DNA of 64,000 nucleotides from Cyanophora paradoxa CCMP329 (GCA_004431415.1 QPMI01000520.1:434001-498000); one strand, 5' to 3'. Counted from the first letter of the stretch, positions 12,001-25,578 are shown. The notes: generated from the letters alone by a model not told the origin. A program made the numbers and translations.

Positions 12001-15000
12001 GCCTCGGGGCGGGGGGGAGGGAGGCGGGGGGGCGCACAGGTCGATCTCGAAGAGGCGGAGGCGGCGGGCGGCGCAGCGCTCGCGCAGCTCGGGGAAGACG
12101 CGCTTGACGAGCGCCTCGCGCTCCCCGTGCATGTCCACGAACGTCGAGCTCACGAAGACCGCCGCCGTCCGCCACGCCCCGCCCCCGCCCCGAGCCGCCG
12201 GCACCGCCGCCGGCAGCGCCGCCGAGGCCGCCGCGGCCGCCCTGCGGAGGAGGGTGTGGGGGGGCGCGGGGGGCGGGTGCGGGCGGGGGCGGCACTTGAG
12301 GGAGCGGAAGTAGGAGATGAGGTCGCGCATGGCGATGCTCGCCGGCCTCCACTCCTCCCCGCCCGCCCCCGACGCGCCCTGCGCCGAGGCGGCCGCCTGC
12401 TGCGCGCGCGCCGCCTCGCGCTTGCGGTCGCGGCGGTCGGCCTTGCCCTTTAGCATGCCGGCGCGCGTGAGGCCCTTGACGGAGTCGATGCGGTGGACGT
12501 AGTCGAGCTGGCCGCCCCCCGCCCCGCCCCGCTCCGCGATGAACTTGAGGACGGCCTCGCTGAAGCCCGTCACCAGCACGTCGTTCGCGTTCCTCCCCGC
12601 CGGCCTCCCCGCCCCCGCCTCCTCCGCCTCCGCCTCCGCCTCCGCCTCCTCCGCCTCGCTCTCGGAGCCGCTCCCGCTGCTGCTGCTGCTCCCGCTGCCG
12701 GTGCCCGAGGCGGGGGAGGGCGGCTTCTCCTCCTGGGGCGGGGGCCGCCGCGGGGTGGCCCCGAGGAGGTCGACGGCGACGTAGAGGAGGCGGGGGTTGA
12801 CGAGGCGGCGGAACTTCTCCAGCCAGTTGCTCACCCCGAGCACCGCCTCCTCGAGCTCGCGCGAGCCGCCCGAGGCGGGGTCGGGGAGGCGCCCGTCGCG
12901 GTCGGGGTTGCAGCCCTCGGCGAAGCCCGGCGCGATCATCCGGCGCGAGAGGACGATCAGGTTGTCGATCTTGCGCCGCTCCGCCAGGTAGCCCTCCAGC
13001 AGCCCGAAGGGGAACGCCCCGCAGTCGTCGTCGCACCCGTGCGCCCCGACGCGCCGCATCAGGTCGTAGTCGCCGCGGACGGCCTCCCAGTTGGCGAGGA
13101 CGGTGTCGTCGCCGACGGTGCAGGGGGCGACGCCCTCCTTCCCGAAGACCATGAACTCGCAGTCCTCGCACACGTACGTGCACATCAGGCCCAGCAGCAG
13201 GCCCACCTGCGCGCCCCGCTCGCCCCCGGCCCGCGCGAGGAGGGGCGGGCGGGGCGCGCGTCGGCGAGGGAGCGCTTGGCGGCGCCGAGGCCGCGGGCGG
13301 ACTTGCAGCCGCCCTGCATGTCGGGGCTCACGTCGACGAGCACCACCGTGGAGCCCCCGATCGGGGGCACGTTCCGCCGCGTCGCCTGCGGAGGGGTCGG
13401 GGCGGGCGGGCGGGGGCGGGGCGGGGCGGCGGCGCACGATGCGGACGGCGGTGTCGAGGGCGGAGCGGTAGTCATCCAGCAGCTGCTCCGTCGGCATCAC
13501 CTGGCGAGCGAGGGCGAGGGTGGGGGGGTGGTGAGGTAGGCAGCGGGGCCCCCTCCAGCCGCCCCGACACGCCCGTCGGCCCGGGCGCCGCCGCTCACCT
13601 TCGGGATGAAGACCTTGCGGGGCCGCGCACCCCTCTCCCCCTTGCCGGCCGCCCCGCCCCGGCCCCCGCGCTTCCCCTGCGCCCGGCCCTCAGGGCTCAG
13701 AAGGGGGCGAGGGGGCGGGGCGGGCGGGGGCGGCGCGCACGGCGCCTTTCTTGGCGTCGGGCTTGACCATGACCCAGCCGCCGCACTCGGCGGCCGCCTT
13801 CTTGGCCTTCTTCGCCTGCTTCTTGGCCTCCTCCACGTCCGCCGCGATCTCGTGCAGGTTCACCTGCCCCAGCACCTGCCGCCCCGGAGGACTCGCTCAG
13901 GGCCGGGCGGGCGGGGCGGGGCGGGCGGGCGGGCGCCTCGTAGGCGGAGAGGAAGGAGGTGGGGAGCTGGCGCGAGTTGGCGACCGTCGTCTCGTCCGTC
14001 AGGCGGCTCATCGCCCAGCGGTGGTGCCGCTGCGACACCCCCTGCGCCCCAGCGCCCCGGCGGCGCCGTCGGACCGGAGGCTGCGGGGCGGGGCGGGGCG
14101 GGGCGGGGCGGGGCGGACGGTGAGGATGAGGTTGCGGAGGTTGCGGAGCATGGCCATGAAGGGGAGGGCGCGGGCGTCGATGAGGCCCTCCCACGTCTCC
14201 GCCTTGTTCCCCGTCGCGCTCAGCTTCGTCTCCCACGTCTCCGGCGTCGGCAGCTTCATCCGCTTCCCCGCCCGCTCCGCCTTCCACTCCCCGTACAGCC
14301 CGCTCCCCGCGAACGCCTCCTCCCTGCCGGCCGGTGAGCGGGGGCCCTCCGAGGCGGAGGGGCCGGGCCGGGGCGGCGCGGCGCGCACGAGGCCGGGTAG
14401 CGCTTGCCGAGGATGGAGAGGACGGCCTCGGCCGGCGAGTCGATGTGCAGCACGCGGATCATCCGCTTCAGCGTCAGCGTCGGCTTCTCGCCCCGCGCCA
14501 CCGCCGCCGCCACCAGGCCCAGCCCCGGCCCCTTGCCCTCGCCCCCGCTCCCCTCCCCGCCGCTCTCGGAGCCGGAGGCGGCGGGGGCGGCGGCGGCGCG
14601 CTTGGCCTCGGCCTCCTTGGCCTTCTTGTTCTTCTTCTTGATGGACTTCTCCTTGTTGTACTTGGCGAGTTGGTACGAGTCGAAGTCCCCGAACTTGGCC
14701 GCCAGCGCGCGCCGCAGCGACGCCGGGAGCGCCCCCACGCGCCCCGCCCCCTCGTGCGGGAGCGTGTGGTACAGGGCCGCCACGTCGAGCCAGTCGGAGG
14801 GGAGGCGTACGGCGGCGCGGAGGTAGCGGCGGAGGTGGCGGCGGCAGGGGGGGATGGAGGCGGCGGCGGCGAGGAGGAAGTTGGCGGTGGTGCGGATGTT
14901 GAGCTCCTCGCGGGCGTACAGCGCCGCCTTCAGCACGAACTCGGGGTCCGAGGGCCCGATGCGGGAGAGCAGCTCGAGGAGGTGCGCCCGCACGGGGTCC

Positions 15001-16143
15001 CCCGGGCTGTGCAGCTTCGGCTCCCGCATCAGGCTCCCCGAGACGACCCGCAGCAGCTCGTCCTCCAGCTCCTGCGCCGGCCAAGCGAGGCCGTCGGCGC
15101 TGGAGGCGGGGGGAGGAGGAGCGGGGGCAGGGGGCGGGGAGGGCGGGGGGCACCTGGAGGGCCTCGGGAGCGACCTTGCGGGCGAGGCTCTCGTCGTCCA
15201 GCTGGTCCTCCTCGTCCTCCTGCACCGGCGCCGGCTCCAGCTCCTCCCCCGCACCCCCCTCCTCCTCCTCCTCCTCCTCCTCGATCCCCGCGAACTTCAG
15301 CGCCTCCTGCACGCGCCTCAGCTCCTCCTCCGCCGCCTCGTCGACCTGCCCTCGCCACGGCTCAGCGGGGGAGGCGGAGGGGAGAGCTGCCGGCGCGCCC
15401 CGCCGCACCTTCCGCGAGAGGGCGCGCATCGACTCGGAGCCCTCCCGCTCGGAGACAGAGACAGCCGACGCCGCCGCCGAGGCGAGGGCCCCGTGGGAGA
15501 CCGCCGGGGCGGCCGCCGCCGCCGCCGCCTGCGCGGAGGCGGCGGCGGCGGCGGCCCGGGCGGCGGCGCGCTGCGCGAGCTTCGAGGTTGAGGAGGTCGC
15601 GGCGCCGGGGCTCCACGTGAACTCGGTCCACCCCTGCAGCTTCGGGGCGAAGTCCAACTTGCCCCACACGCTGCCCTTGTCCGCGCTCGACGCCCCGGCT
15701 GTGGCCCCCCCCGCCGCAGCGCCGGCGGATGCGCTCGCGCTCGTGCTCCCTCCCGTGCTGGTTCGGCTCGGCGGGTCGTTCGGACGGATTGCTGCCGCGT
15801 GGCTGGTCGTAGACCCGAAGAGACTCAGTGACGATCCGAACGTGGTCGTGGGCAGCGCCGACGTGCGCTGCCCCGACGCCGAACGCCGCGATAGGATCGA
15901 ATCCGGCGCCGCATAGCGATCACGTAGGCGAGGTCTGCCTGGCAGCTCAGCGGGCGGGGGCGAGCTCGGAGCAACGATTGCTCGATTGCTCACCGGTCCA
16001 GCAGGCTTTGGCGCTTCTCCATCGCTCTCTTCCGCCACGTACGGCGATTCCCCGGCCCGACGGAGGGCGTAGGGCCTAGGAGAACGTGAGCTGGAGCCGC
16101 CCGGAAGAGCGTCCCTCGTGCGCACCAGCGGGGTTAGGCTCAC
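6037..16143 (-). CDS. TEP1: Telomerase protein component 1 / vault-associated TEP1 (TROVE, vWA-like, DUF4062, NACHT, WD40 repeats); start codon uncertain
   Basis: TROVE (DPEFVLKAALYAREELNIRTTANFLLA; FGDFDSYQLAKYNK; PETWET; LPFMAMLRNLRN), DUF4062 (VFVSSTFVDMHGERE..VFPEL; FLGILGQRYG), P-loop GRSGCGKTS, and many WD40 repeats (LASASWDASVRVWD; AGARDGSVVVWD), in TEP1 order. Confidence 0.88.
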
Positions 16144-16257
16144 GGTTGCGGCAAGCTTCTTCGCTCGTAGCCCAGTCGCAGCCTCGCTCGACCGAGCAGA
16201 TCCGTATGAGTCAGAGCAGGGTACACTACGCGGTACCCCACTAGAGATGCAAAAGCC

Positions 16258-17333
16258 ATGAGCGCGCTGCTACAGGGTCATGACTACCTTCGAAGACACG
16301 GCATAGAATAGTACGCCCATTTCCCGCGATCTGCGTGCCCGCAGCTTGACCCCCGCCAAGCTTTTTGCAGGACGCCATCCAGCAGCTACTAGCAGCCGCT
16401 TCCGAACGGCCTCTAGACTTCCTGGCTGAGTAGTACGTCCCCCACGCTCAGCCCGTTGTGTTGCACTTTCTGACCGAGCCGCAGCTTCGGTCGCGTCGCG
16501 CGCGGACAGCACGTCTACGGCCGGGTGCGCTTCTTTAAAGCTGGTGCATACGCGTACTCGTGCTGAACCGCCGCAGCCGTTCGCTTTTATCGCTGCCAAC
16601 GCGCGGAACCGGGACGCGTTCATTACGTTGCTCACCGACACGTTCATGGGCCTTGACGCGCAGACAATCCTCACCACTGCTGACCTCCACTCGCTCGTGC
16701 GCACGCGGCGCCCCTCGCTCCGCGTTCCCTGCCGGCAGCTGACCTTGCGCGGGGCGGCAGGTCTGCTCCCTCTCGACCCCCGACTTCCCCCCCGGCCCCG
16801 TTAGCGAGGCTGTCACGGTCGCCCAGCTCTCATCCCCCGATATATCGTTCCCCTCCTTCCTCCGCGCCTTTCGTATCGGCTTCGTCTATAGCGGTGCGGG
16901 CCGCCTCCTCGTCTGCGCCTCTCAGAGTCTCCTCCGCGCCTCACCGACCCTAGATTTCCTGAGGGACGCCGGGGTCGCCGCCGGGCGCCTGGGGCCCGGC
17001 GCGGGGGAGAGGGAGCGCCTGCGGGCGGCGCTGCGAGAGATCGCGGAGGGGTGGAGCCCCCCGCAGGCGTGCCCGCCCCTGCGCGCCCTCGACGACGCGG
17101 CGCCGGGCGCCGCCGCCAGCATCGCCGCCGGGCGGGCCCCCCTGCAGGCCCTCTGGGCATCCCTCGCCGCCGTCGTGAGCCCCTCGGGGCCCCTCCTGCC
17201 CCCCGCGCGGCCGCCCCGCAAGCTCCCCCCGTCCCTCGCCACGGCCGGCGCCCTCGACTCGGGGCTCGAGGGCGACAGCGAAGGGCAGCGCGGGACGCTC
17301 TCCGCGAGGAAGAAGGCCGCCTCCAAGCAGTAG
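16258..17333 (+). CDS. CSTPP1/C11orf49 (UPF0705)-like protein, multi-exon
   Basis: Spliced N-terminus DYLRRHGIE..FLQDAIQQLL..DFLAEYFGRVARGQHV..FAFIAANARNRDAF..LTTADLHSL..PDFP parallels my recollection of the C11orf49 N-terminus. 3' exons are less certain. Confidence 0.6.
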
Positions 17334-17590
17334 TTTATCTCCACACGTAACTGCCACGAACATGCTACTGTCGTACTAAATCGTCACTAGGATGATGAAC
17401 TGCCAATCGAATTCCTGCTCGTGCCTCCTAATCCTGCTCTGCAAGTCTAGCATCGAGTGCAAAATCTGAGCTACATCTGGGGCTGGCTAATCCGGGCCCG
17501 TCTATTTATAGCTAGCACTGTATAGGGCCCGCTGTGTACGACTAGACCAAGAAGTGCCGCGGCGGCGGCTGTGTATGCTGCCCGTGGGGG

Positions 17591-18926
17591 TCAGTATCTC
17601 CGGGAGGCGCCTGCGCCGGTGGTGCGGGCCGCTGGGCCGGCCGAACGCGTGTACGGGGCGTAGGCGGACGAGTCTCCGCCGGATCGCGCGCGGTCCGGGC
17701 CACCGGCGTGCACGGCCCGCTGGTCAGCGGCCTCCGCTCGCCGCGGCTGCCGCGCCTCGCTCGATGCTGCCGGGCCCGCCCGGCCGTACTCCAGCGCTTG
17801 CGGCTGCTGCCGCCCGGCGCTTGCCCTCGCCATCGTCGACGACGGCAGGGCGCGCTCCGCCACCGTCCTCCACTGCTCGTCGAATTGCGAGATCTCATCT
17901 GCGGCCCCGCTTCAGGGCAATCCAACTTCAGGGCCCGGCAACAGAGCGCGGGCGAACCTTCCCGGACGTTCTCCAGGGTGTCTATGGTCTGCTCGCGTCC
18001 GGTCGCGTCGCGCTCGCGCACGATCCTCCTCCCCTTGTCGCCCAGCTTGCGCTCGAGCACGATCCGCTCCGTGCCCGTCGTCCCGTCCCGCACGCTCGTC
18101 TGCGTCTCGACGACGCCGCCGGGGCCCATGCGGGTCGTCGAGGTCGACGAGTAGTAAACGGTGCCGGGGCCGCCCGAAAAAGAAGAGGAAGAGGAGGAAA
18201 ACGAAAAGGAGGACGTCCCGCCAAGCAGGCTGCCGAAGGGAGAGCTCGCTGCGGCCGGAGCCGCCCGGGCGCGGGAGCCGGAGCCGCGGTCCGAGTCGTC
18301 CGGCTCCTGGACACGCGGTGCCGCGCCGCCGCGCTGAGGGCCCGAGCGCCCCCGGCGGCTAGCCGCGTGCTGCTCCTCCTCCTCTTCGGTGATTTCCTCG
18401 ATAACGGGACCGGTCCGCGCTGGAGGCTGCGCCTGACGTGGGCGCCTTAAGCACCGAGACGCAAGGCACGGCGCGCACGACGAGATCGTGCGCTTTCGCA
18501 GGGATCTCACGCACCCTCGCGCCGGATCGGTCGCGCAGGATGCTCTCCGCGCGGTCGCCGAAGAAGTGATTCATAAAAGGATCGTTGCCTGCGGGCGCGC
18601 CGAGTGTCGGGGGCGCGTATAACTTGCCAGAAATGTCCATAGAATAAGCATTTCGCGACGCAATGCCCCAATCCGCCGCAGGGGGGGCGTACCAAAGGGT
18701 CCGGCTGTAGGATTCGAGAAGAACGGGTCGGAACCGAAGACGGCGTCCATCAGGCCGCCGCCGGGGAAAGGCGGGAACGACGGGAACGCTGGGAAAGCTG
18801 GCATTGCGAAGGGGTCGCCGCGCTGCCGTCCGTAGCCTGGCGCGGCGTTGGCGGCTTTATGCGCGCGCAAGCTAGGCGTGGGTGCGCGTTAGGTGTCTAA
18901 GCGATGTGCGAATGCGCACCAGCCAT
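17591..18926 (-). CDS. Myeloid leukemia factor (MLF) family protein, multi-exon
   Basis: MLF core SFSFSSSS..VYYSSTSTTRMGPGGVVETQTSVRDGTTGTERIVLERKLGDKGRRIVRERD..TIDTLENVRE/DEISQFDEQW; N-terminal DPF/FG motifs. Confidence 0.8.
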
Positions 18927-19155
18927 CGCGCTGCCGCGCCTTTTGTAATCTGCCCAAAGCTTCTAGCTGCTTCTGCTGTTTTTCCGGGGGGGGGGGCGGT
19001 ATGGGGGTAGGCGGTCGCACGTGCTTCAACTTGAAGCTAAGGCGGGTCGACGAAGTGGCGCCCGGCGAGCGCTCTCCTCGATGCTCGGATGCAGAAGGAC
19101 GAGATGGTCCTCTCCGAGCACCACGGCCCCCTTGAGCGCGCCGCAATGCGTCGCC

Positions 19156-20328
19156 ATGGTCAATGAAGAGCTGCGTCCCGCGCGGGGCCCGATTGCTCTC
19201 GGCAACGCACACCTGCAGCGGCTCCAAGCCCTCGATCGGCGCCGACCTCTCTCGTCTGCTAATATATCGATTGGTGCCCGGGTGTTGAGGGCAGCAGGCC
19301 GGGGTCTTTTTAATCTGCTTTCTCTGTAGCTTATTCCTTGCACTGCAGATCTCGCCAACTGGCCCGCTCCGAGTCCGCGGCCTCGGGTCTCGCGGCCTCC
19401 GCTCTCCTCGATCCCGCCGGTTGCCCCGCAGGAGCTACAGCTGCGCCGTACGAATCCGGCGGCTAATTCCGCTTTTGCTCGCTCGTCGTCTTCGCGCTGC
19501 CCCTCCCGCGGTCGTGCGGTCATCGCGGCGCGCCCACCAGCGCCGCAACTCTCTGCTCATCCGCCTGGAACGCGAGTCCGCCCGGGATCGCAACTCGAGA
19601 GTAAAGCCCAAGAACTGGTGCAACCCTTCCGGGCCGCATGTCAGATGCGACTCCGCTGACGCCTGACCCAGCACAAGGCGCGGCTGAGCTCGGTAAATCC
19701 GGCTGTCCCCTCGCTGGTGCCGGCGGCGGCTTCCACGGATAAGCCGTCGTGCGCTCCTGCCGCGTTGCGCCAGCTGCGCCTGCAGACTGACGCACCCTTG
19801 CAGGGCCCCCTCCGAGCAGGACGGGAGCCACGGCAGGTTCATCACAGGAAGCTTGAGGCCTCGGGGGGGCGCCGGCGCGAGCTCTCTCGCTGACAGCGTC
19901 GGCCCGTCCCGCCGCGCAGCGCGAGGGGCATCGACCAGGTGACCCTGCGGCTCCTGCCGTTCGTGGTGCTGGGGAGGACGGAGCTGGCGGAGTCGCGGCG
20001 GGTGCCGAAGCGGCGGGTGACGCTGGCGCTCCTGCTGCGCTGGACGGCCGGGGAGCGGGCGGCGCGCCTGGGGCTCTCCCCCGAGCAGCTCGCCCGCTTC
20101 GAGGCCTCGGCGCTCGGCCTGGCGGCCGGCGGCGTCCCCGAGGGGGCCCTCTTCCAGCTGCCGGCGGAGGCGTTCCTGGCGGAGCCGGCGGACCTCCGCG
20201 CCGCCCTTGACGCCTTCCTCTCCCCCGGGGGCCCCCTCCCCGACGCCCACGGCCCCGCCCTCGCCGCCTTCCTCCGCTCCCGCTTCCCCCCCGCGCTCCC
20301 GACCGCCGGCACTGACCGTGAGCGGTAG
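19156..20328 (+). CDS. Probable multi-exon hypothetical protein
   Basis: Coding-like terminal exon 19939-20328 and upstream intron-like signals; start uncertain, no recognisable domain. Confidence 0.35.
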
Positions 20329-20469
20329 CGCTATAGCTAGCTTCCGTGGCCATGGCAGTAGTAACGCTAGCGCTAGCTCGCGAACCCGCGTAAACGCGCG
20401 CGGTCCCATACGCGGCGCGCCATCGTCGCAGCCATCGTCGGCTTGCAATTGCCGCGGTTAGCAAGCCGC

Positions 20470-20695
20470 TGCCGCGGCCGTGCACGTGTACGTGTATACG
20501 TACACGTACGCGATACGCGTACGTATAGCGCGCGCGGCGCGCGTAGTAAACGTATACGTAGCGCCAGCGCTGCATGCGCATGCGCGCGCACTGCGGCAGC
20601 TGGCCGACGTCGACGGCGCCGCGCCGCGCGCGACCGCGGCCGGCGCTAGATATATAGCGCTAGCGCTGCGCATGCCGCATGCGCATGCGCAGCTT
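20470..20695. repeat. Alternating purine/pyrimidine, palindrome-rich low-complexity tract
   Basis: gtgcacgtgtacgtgtatacgtacacgtacgcgatacgcgtacgtata...gcgcatgccgcatgcgcatgcgc. Confidence 0.7.
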
Positions 20696-20867
20696 CAGTG
20701 CAGAGTTGAAAAGGGGGGAGAAACCGCTAGCCCGAAAGAAGAACCGCTAGCCCGAAAGTGACGAAAAAACAACTTCAAAAAGTTTGAGCTCGAGGGCGCG
20801 TTGGATAGCTAGCTAGACCATCGCGCCGGCCCTTCCGAGCTGCCTGAGACGTCCTCCAAGCTCAGCA

Positions 20868-23800
20868 ATGTCGACGGTGCGGGCCTCGCGCGCGGCGGGC
20901 GAGGACGTGGAGGACTGTGTCGCCTGCCTGCGGGAGCTCCGCGCAGCAGAGCTCTTCTCGGCGCGCTCGGCGGGTATATCGGATCCAGCCGCTATACCGC
21001 GCTCCGGTGCGGCCCGCTGCCGCAGCTAGCTTTGAATGCGACAACTGAGCCGCCCGCAGAGATCAGCGCAGAGGACGGCGTAGCGCTCGACGCGCACATC
21101 GTCGAGCACGGAATCGGAGAGGAGCTCCTATTCAACGCTTTGCAAGCCATCCAGCGCATCGCGGAGAGCTCAGCCGGTCCGAGCGTTTGACCGCACCCCG
21201 CCGGGCCGCCCGAGCGGTCCGGCCCACGCCGGGCGGGCGCGCAGGTGCAGAGGGCTCGTCCGTGGCGAGGGAGCATGATCTCTTTGAGTCGTTGTCGCGT
21301 GGCGACGTGCCCCTGGCGGGCATGGTGGCGTTGCTGTACAGGCTCGCGGAGAAGCGTGGCCGGCGGGCGGCCACGCTCGCGGCACGCTGCTACCTTGCCC
21401 TCCTCTCGGTCCCGGGCGCCGACGCTTACGGCGCCCTCTATCCGATGGTCCTCCGCGCCTGCCTCCGGCCCGTGGCGACCCTCTCCGAGGCCGGCGGCCC
21501 CGGCGAGCGCCGCCAGGGCGGCAAGGGCAAGGAGAACGCGCAGCCGGCAGACCCCAGTGCGCCTCCCGCCACCGCGCCGCCGCCGCGGATCCGCTCTGAC
21601 GGGGCGCGGCGCGCAGTGAACGTGCCGCTGCCGATCGCGCGGGGCGGCAAGGGCAAAGGGAAGGGGAAGGCGGCGGCCTCGGCGCCGGGGAGCGACGAGG
21701 AGGGGGCGGAGTGCGAGGGGGGCGGCTCGGGGGACGAAGGGTGCGGGAAGGGGCGGCAGGAGGCGCGGGAGGCGGCGCGGGAGCTGCTGCGGGACCTGCG
21801 GGCCTGCGTCGGGCGCCTCCCCCTCGCCGGGGGCGCCGGCGAGGCAGCCGCGCACCTCGTCGAGGCCCTCGTCCCGCCACGCGCCTCCCCCCGAGTCCCC
21901 GCCCCGCCCGGTGCCCCGTCCCCTCCCTCGCCCCGCCCCGCTCCTTGCGAGGCGCCGTTGCAGGGGGCGCGGCCGCGGGCGGGGGCGGAGAAGGGCTGCT
22001 GCTGCGAGGGGGACTCGCTCCCGGCGCTGGCGTGCGGGACGCTGGCCGAGCTCTGCCGCGCCTGCCCGGCCCCGCGACGCTCGCCCAGGCCCGCCGGCCC
22101 GCCTCGCTCGTGCGGGGCGCCCCCTCTGACGGGGCGCAGGCGGCGCGGGCGTTGGTGGCGGGGCGGCGATGGCGCACACGCGGACGCTGCACGCGGGGCC
22201 CTCCCCCAGGCGACCCTCGCCGTCCGCTCCCGCGCCCTCTCCTTCCTCCCCGCGTCCGCCCTCGCCCCTCTGCGCCCCGCCCCGCCTCGTCCGAGCCGGC
22301 GGCAGGCACGTGGCGGGCCTCGGGGAGGCGGGGCGCGAGTGCTACGAGGGGCCCTGCGCCAGCTCTGCGCCCTCGTGCCCGACCGCGCCGCCTACCGCGA
22401 GCACGCCTGCCGGGCCGTCGCCGCGCTGCTCCAGCGGGCGCCCCCGGCGTGGGCCGCCCCGCCCGCGCCCGCTTCGACGCCTTCCTGCGGCGCCTCTCGC
22501 GGCACCCGCGCGGCCCGCACCGCCTCTTCGCCGTCGAGCTGGCCGCCCACCTCTGGGCCGCCGCGCCCCGCCGCTGCGCCCCGCCCGGCGTGCCGGAGGC
22601 CCCCGCCGAGCTGCAGGTCGTCATGGGCCGGCTCTCGGACAAGGCGCCGGCCGTGCGCGCCAAGGCCCTCGCCGCCCTCGCCGCCTGCCTCCAGCTCGCC
22701 GCCGCCGACCCGCCGCCGCCGACGGTCCGCGCCGGCGCGAGCCCCGAGTGTCGCGGCTGACTCCCGCCGCAGCGGTGCGGGCGGCGCTGCACGCCGGGCC
22801 CCGCGACTCGCTGGCCCGCCTGAGCGCCGGCACGCTGGGGAGCCTCCCCGAGGGGGCCCCCGCCCCCGGCGAGCCGCGCCCGAGCGAGGGGAGGCCTCGA
22901 GCGCGGGGCGGCCCTCGACGGAGGCGTCGGTGGCGGGGACGCCGGCGCGGGCGGGGCGGGGCGCGACGTACACGCCGTACAGCGCGGCCTCCTCGGGGCG
23001 GGCGGGCAGCCGCTGCGGGCGCTGCTGAGGCGGCGGGCGCTGGACGACCGCCCGGCGGTGCGCAAGGCGGCCCTCCAGGTCGTCGAGGCCCTCGCGGGGT
23101 TCGAGCCCGGCGCCCTGCGCCCAGCGGGGGCCGGCCCCGAGGAGGACGAGGCGGCCTTCCTCGCGGAGGCGTGCGCCGACCCGGCGCCCTCCGTGCGGCG
23201 GCAGGCGCTGGACTCGCTCTCGGCGCTGGTGCGGGCCTTCCCGCAGGAGGCGGCCCTCGCCTCGGCCTGGCTCGCGGCCGTGCTGCCGGCGGTGGCGGAC
23301 GGGGAGAGCGGGCCCTCCAGGAGCACTGCGCGGCCCTCGCGGGGGAGCTCCTCCTCGGCCCGCCGCCCGCGGCGAGCCCTGCGCCCTCGTCGCCGCCCTC
23401 GACGCCGACTCGGCCCGCCTCGTCCGCCGCGCCGCCCGCCTCCTCCACCGCCACGCCCGCCTCCCGAGGCCCTCGCCCCGCCCTCCTCGAGGCCGCCGCC
23501 CGCCCGAGCCGCCCCGCGGCATCTGGCTCCTCGCGGAGGCCCTCAGCGACGTCCACCCGGCCGCCGCGCGCCCCTCGCCCCGCCTCTCGAGCCCCGCCCG
23601 CCTGACCCGCCCCGCCGCAGTTCGACGCGAGGCGGCTGCTCGAGCGCTGGGCCGCCGCCGCCCCGAGCTCGCCGGCGCGGCCGCGCGCGACGCCGCGCCC
23701 CTTCTCCGCACCCTTGCGAGCTGCGCCGAGCGCCTCCCCGCCGCCCCCGCCGCCGCCCTCTGCGGTCCGCCCCGAGCACTCCGTCGCCCCCCTCCTCCTC

Positions 23801-25578
23801 GGCCTCATTGGGGCGGGGCGGGCGCAGAGGAGCTGGTGGCGGCGCTGGGGCGCTTCGAGCTGAGCCCCGACGCCATCGCCGCCGCCCTCGCCTGCATATC
23901 CCGCGTGCCCGCCCCTCTCCCCGCCCGCCCCGCCTCCCGCCCGGCCTCACTCCGCCCCGCCTCGGGCCCAGGTGAGCGCGGCGAAGGGCGGGCGGAGGCG
24001 CGGGGCGGCTGCAGGGCTGGTGCGAGGCGCTGCTGGCGGCATCGGCGCGGGCGGTGGTGCCGCACGCGCAAGCGCTGGACGGGGCGGGGCCGGCGGGGGC
24101 CCCCGCCCCGCCTCGTGCAGCACCTCTTCACCCTCGGCGAGCTCTCCCTCGTCCGCTCCCGCCCCGCACCCCCGACCCGCCCCCCGCGGCGCCTCGCACC
24201 TGAGCGCCGCCCCGCCCCGCCCCGCCCTCAGATCTGCGAGGCGGGGGCGGTGCCGGAGGCGCTGGTGACGGCGGTCCAGGCGCTCGTGGCGGCGCCGGCC
24301 CCCGCGGAGGAGGCGGGCGGGGACGAGGAGGCCGCCGAGCCCCCCCGGTGCGGCCGGCGCGTGGCGCAGCGTGGCGCGGCTGCGCTCAGCGGAGCAGGCT
24401 CCTCGCGCCCCCCGCCTGAGGCCTAGGGCTGCGCGGCCGCCCGCGCCCGGCTTCCCCGCTGACGGGCCCCGGGCAGGCGGGGCGGGGCGGGCGCACGCGG
24501 TGCTGGCGCTGGGGAAGCTGTGCGTGCGGGACGGGGCGCTGGCGAAGCGGTGCGTGCCGGCGCTGGTGCGGGAGCTCGCCGAGGCGCGGGCCCCCGCCGT
24601 CCGCAACAACGTCCTCCTCTGCATGGCCGACCTCTGCGTCCGGTCCGCCCCCCCGCCCTCGAGCCCCGCCCCCGCCCGCCCTCACCAGGGCCCCGCAGGT
24701 ACACGGCGGTTGTGGACGGGTACATGCCGCGGCTGGCGCTGCTGCTGCGGGACCCCGTCGAGCTCGTCCGCCGCCACGCCCTCCTCCTCCTCTCCTCCCT
24801 CCTCCACGCCGACTACCTCAAGGCGAGGCGGCCGCCGGCGCGCCGGGCCGGGGCGGGGCGGGGGGCTGACGGGGGCGCGTGCAGTGGCGCCACGAGCTCT
24901 TCTTCCGCTTCCTCGTCGCCCTCGAGGACCCCTCCCCCGAGATCCGCTCCTGCGGTGCCCCATGCCTCCTCGCTCTTCGCTTCGCCTTCTGAGGGGGCGC
25001 GGGGGCAGCGCGGCGGGTGCTGCGGGAGGTGGGGGCCCGCAAGCAGCCGGCCATGCTCTGCTCCCACTTCGTGGAGGCCCTCTACCACCTCAACGCCTGC
25101 GTCGCCCACCCCGCCTACAACCAGGCCCCCGCCCCCCGCCCCCTCCCACCCCATCCGCCCCCTCTCACCCTCCCCGCCCCGCAGTTCGTCCGCGGGGACG
25201 GGGCGGCGGTGCAGGCGGCGTTCGACCTCTCCTCGCACGGGCCCGTCGAGCGCGCCGCCGCCGAGGGCCCCGCGGCCCGCCGCGCCGCCGCGGAGGAGGC
25301 GGAGGGGAACGAGGGGCGGCGGTGGGCGATCTACGGGGAGCTGCTGGGGGCGATGCGGGAGGAGGAGCGGCTGACGGTGGCGGCGCGGCTGGTGTCGGAG
25401 GTGGTGGCCCCGCGGGGGACGGGGCGCTGCCGCTGGAGGCCCCCGGCGTGCGCGGCCTCCTCTCCGACGCCCTCCGCCTCCTCGCCTCCAGGGCCCGCCC
25501 CCGCCCCCGCCCCCGCCCCCCCTCTGGCCCTCACCCGCCCGCCCCGCAGGAGCTGCGCGTCGCTGGCCGCCCCGCGCG

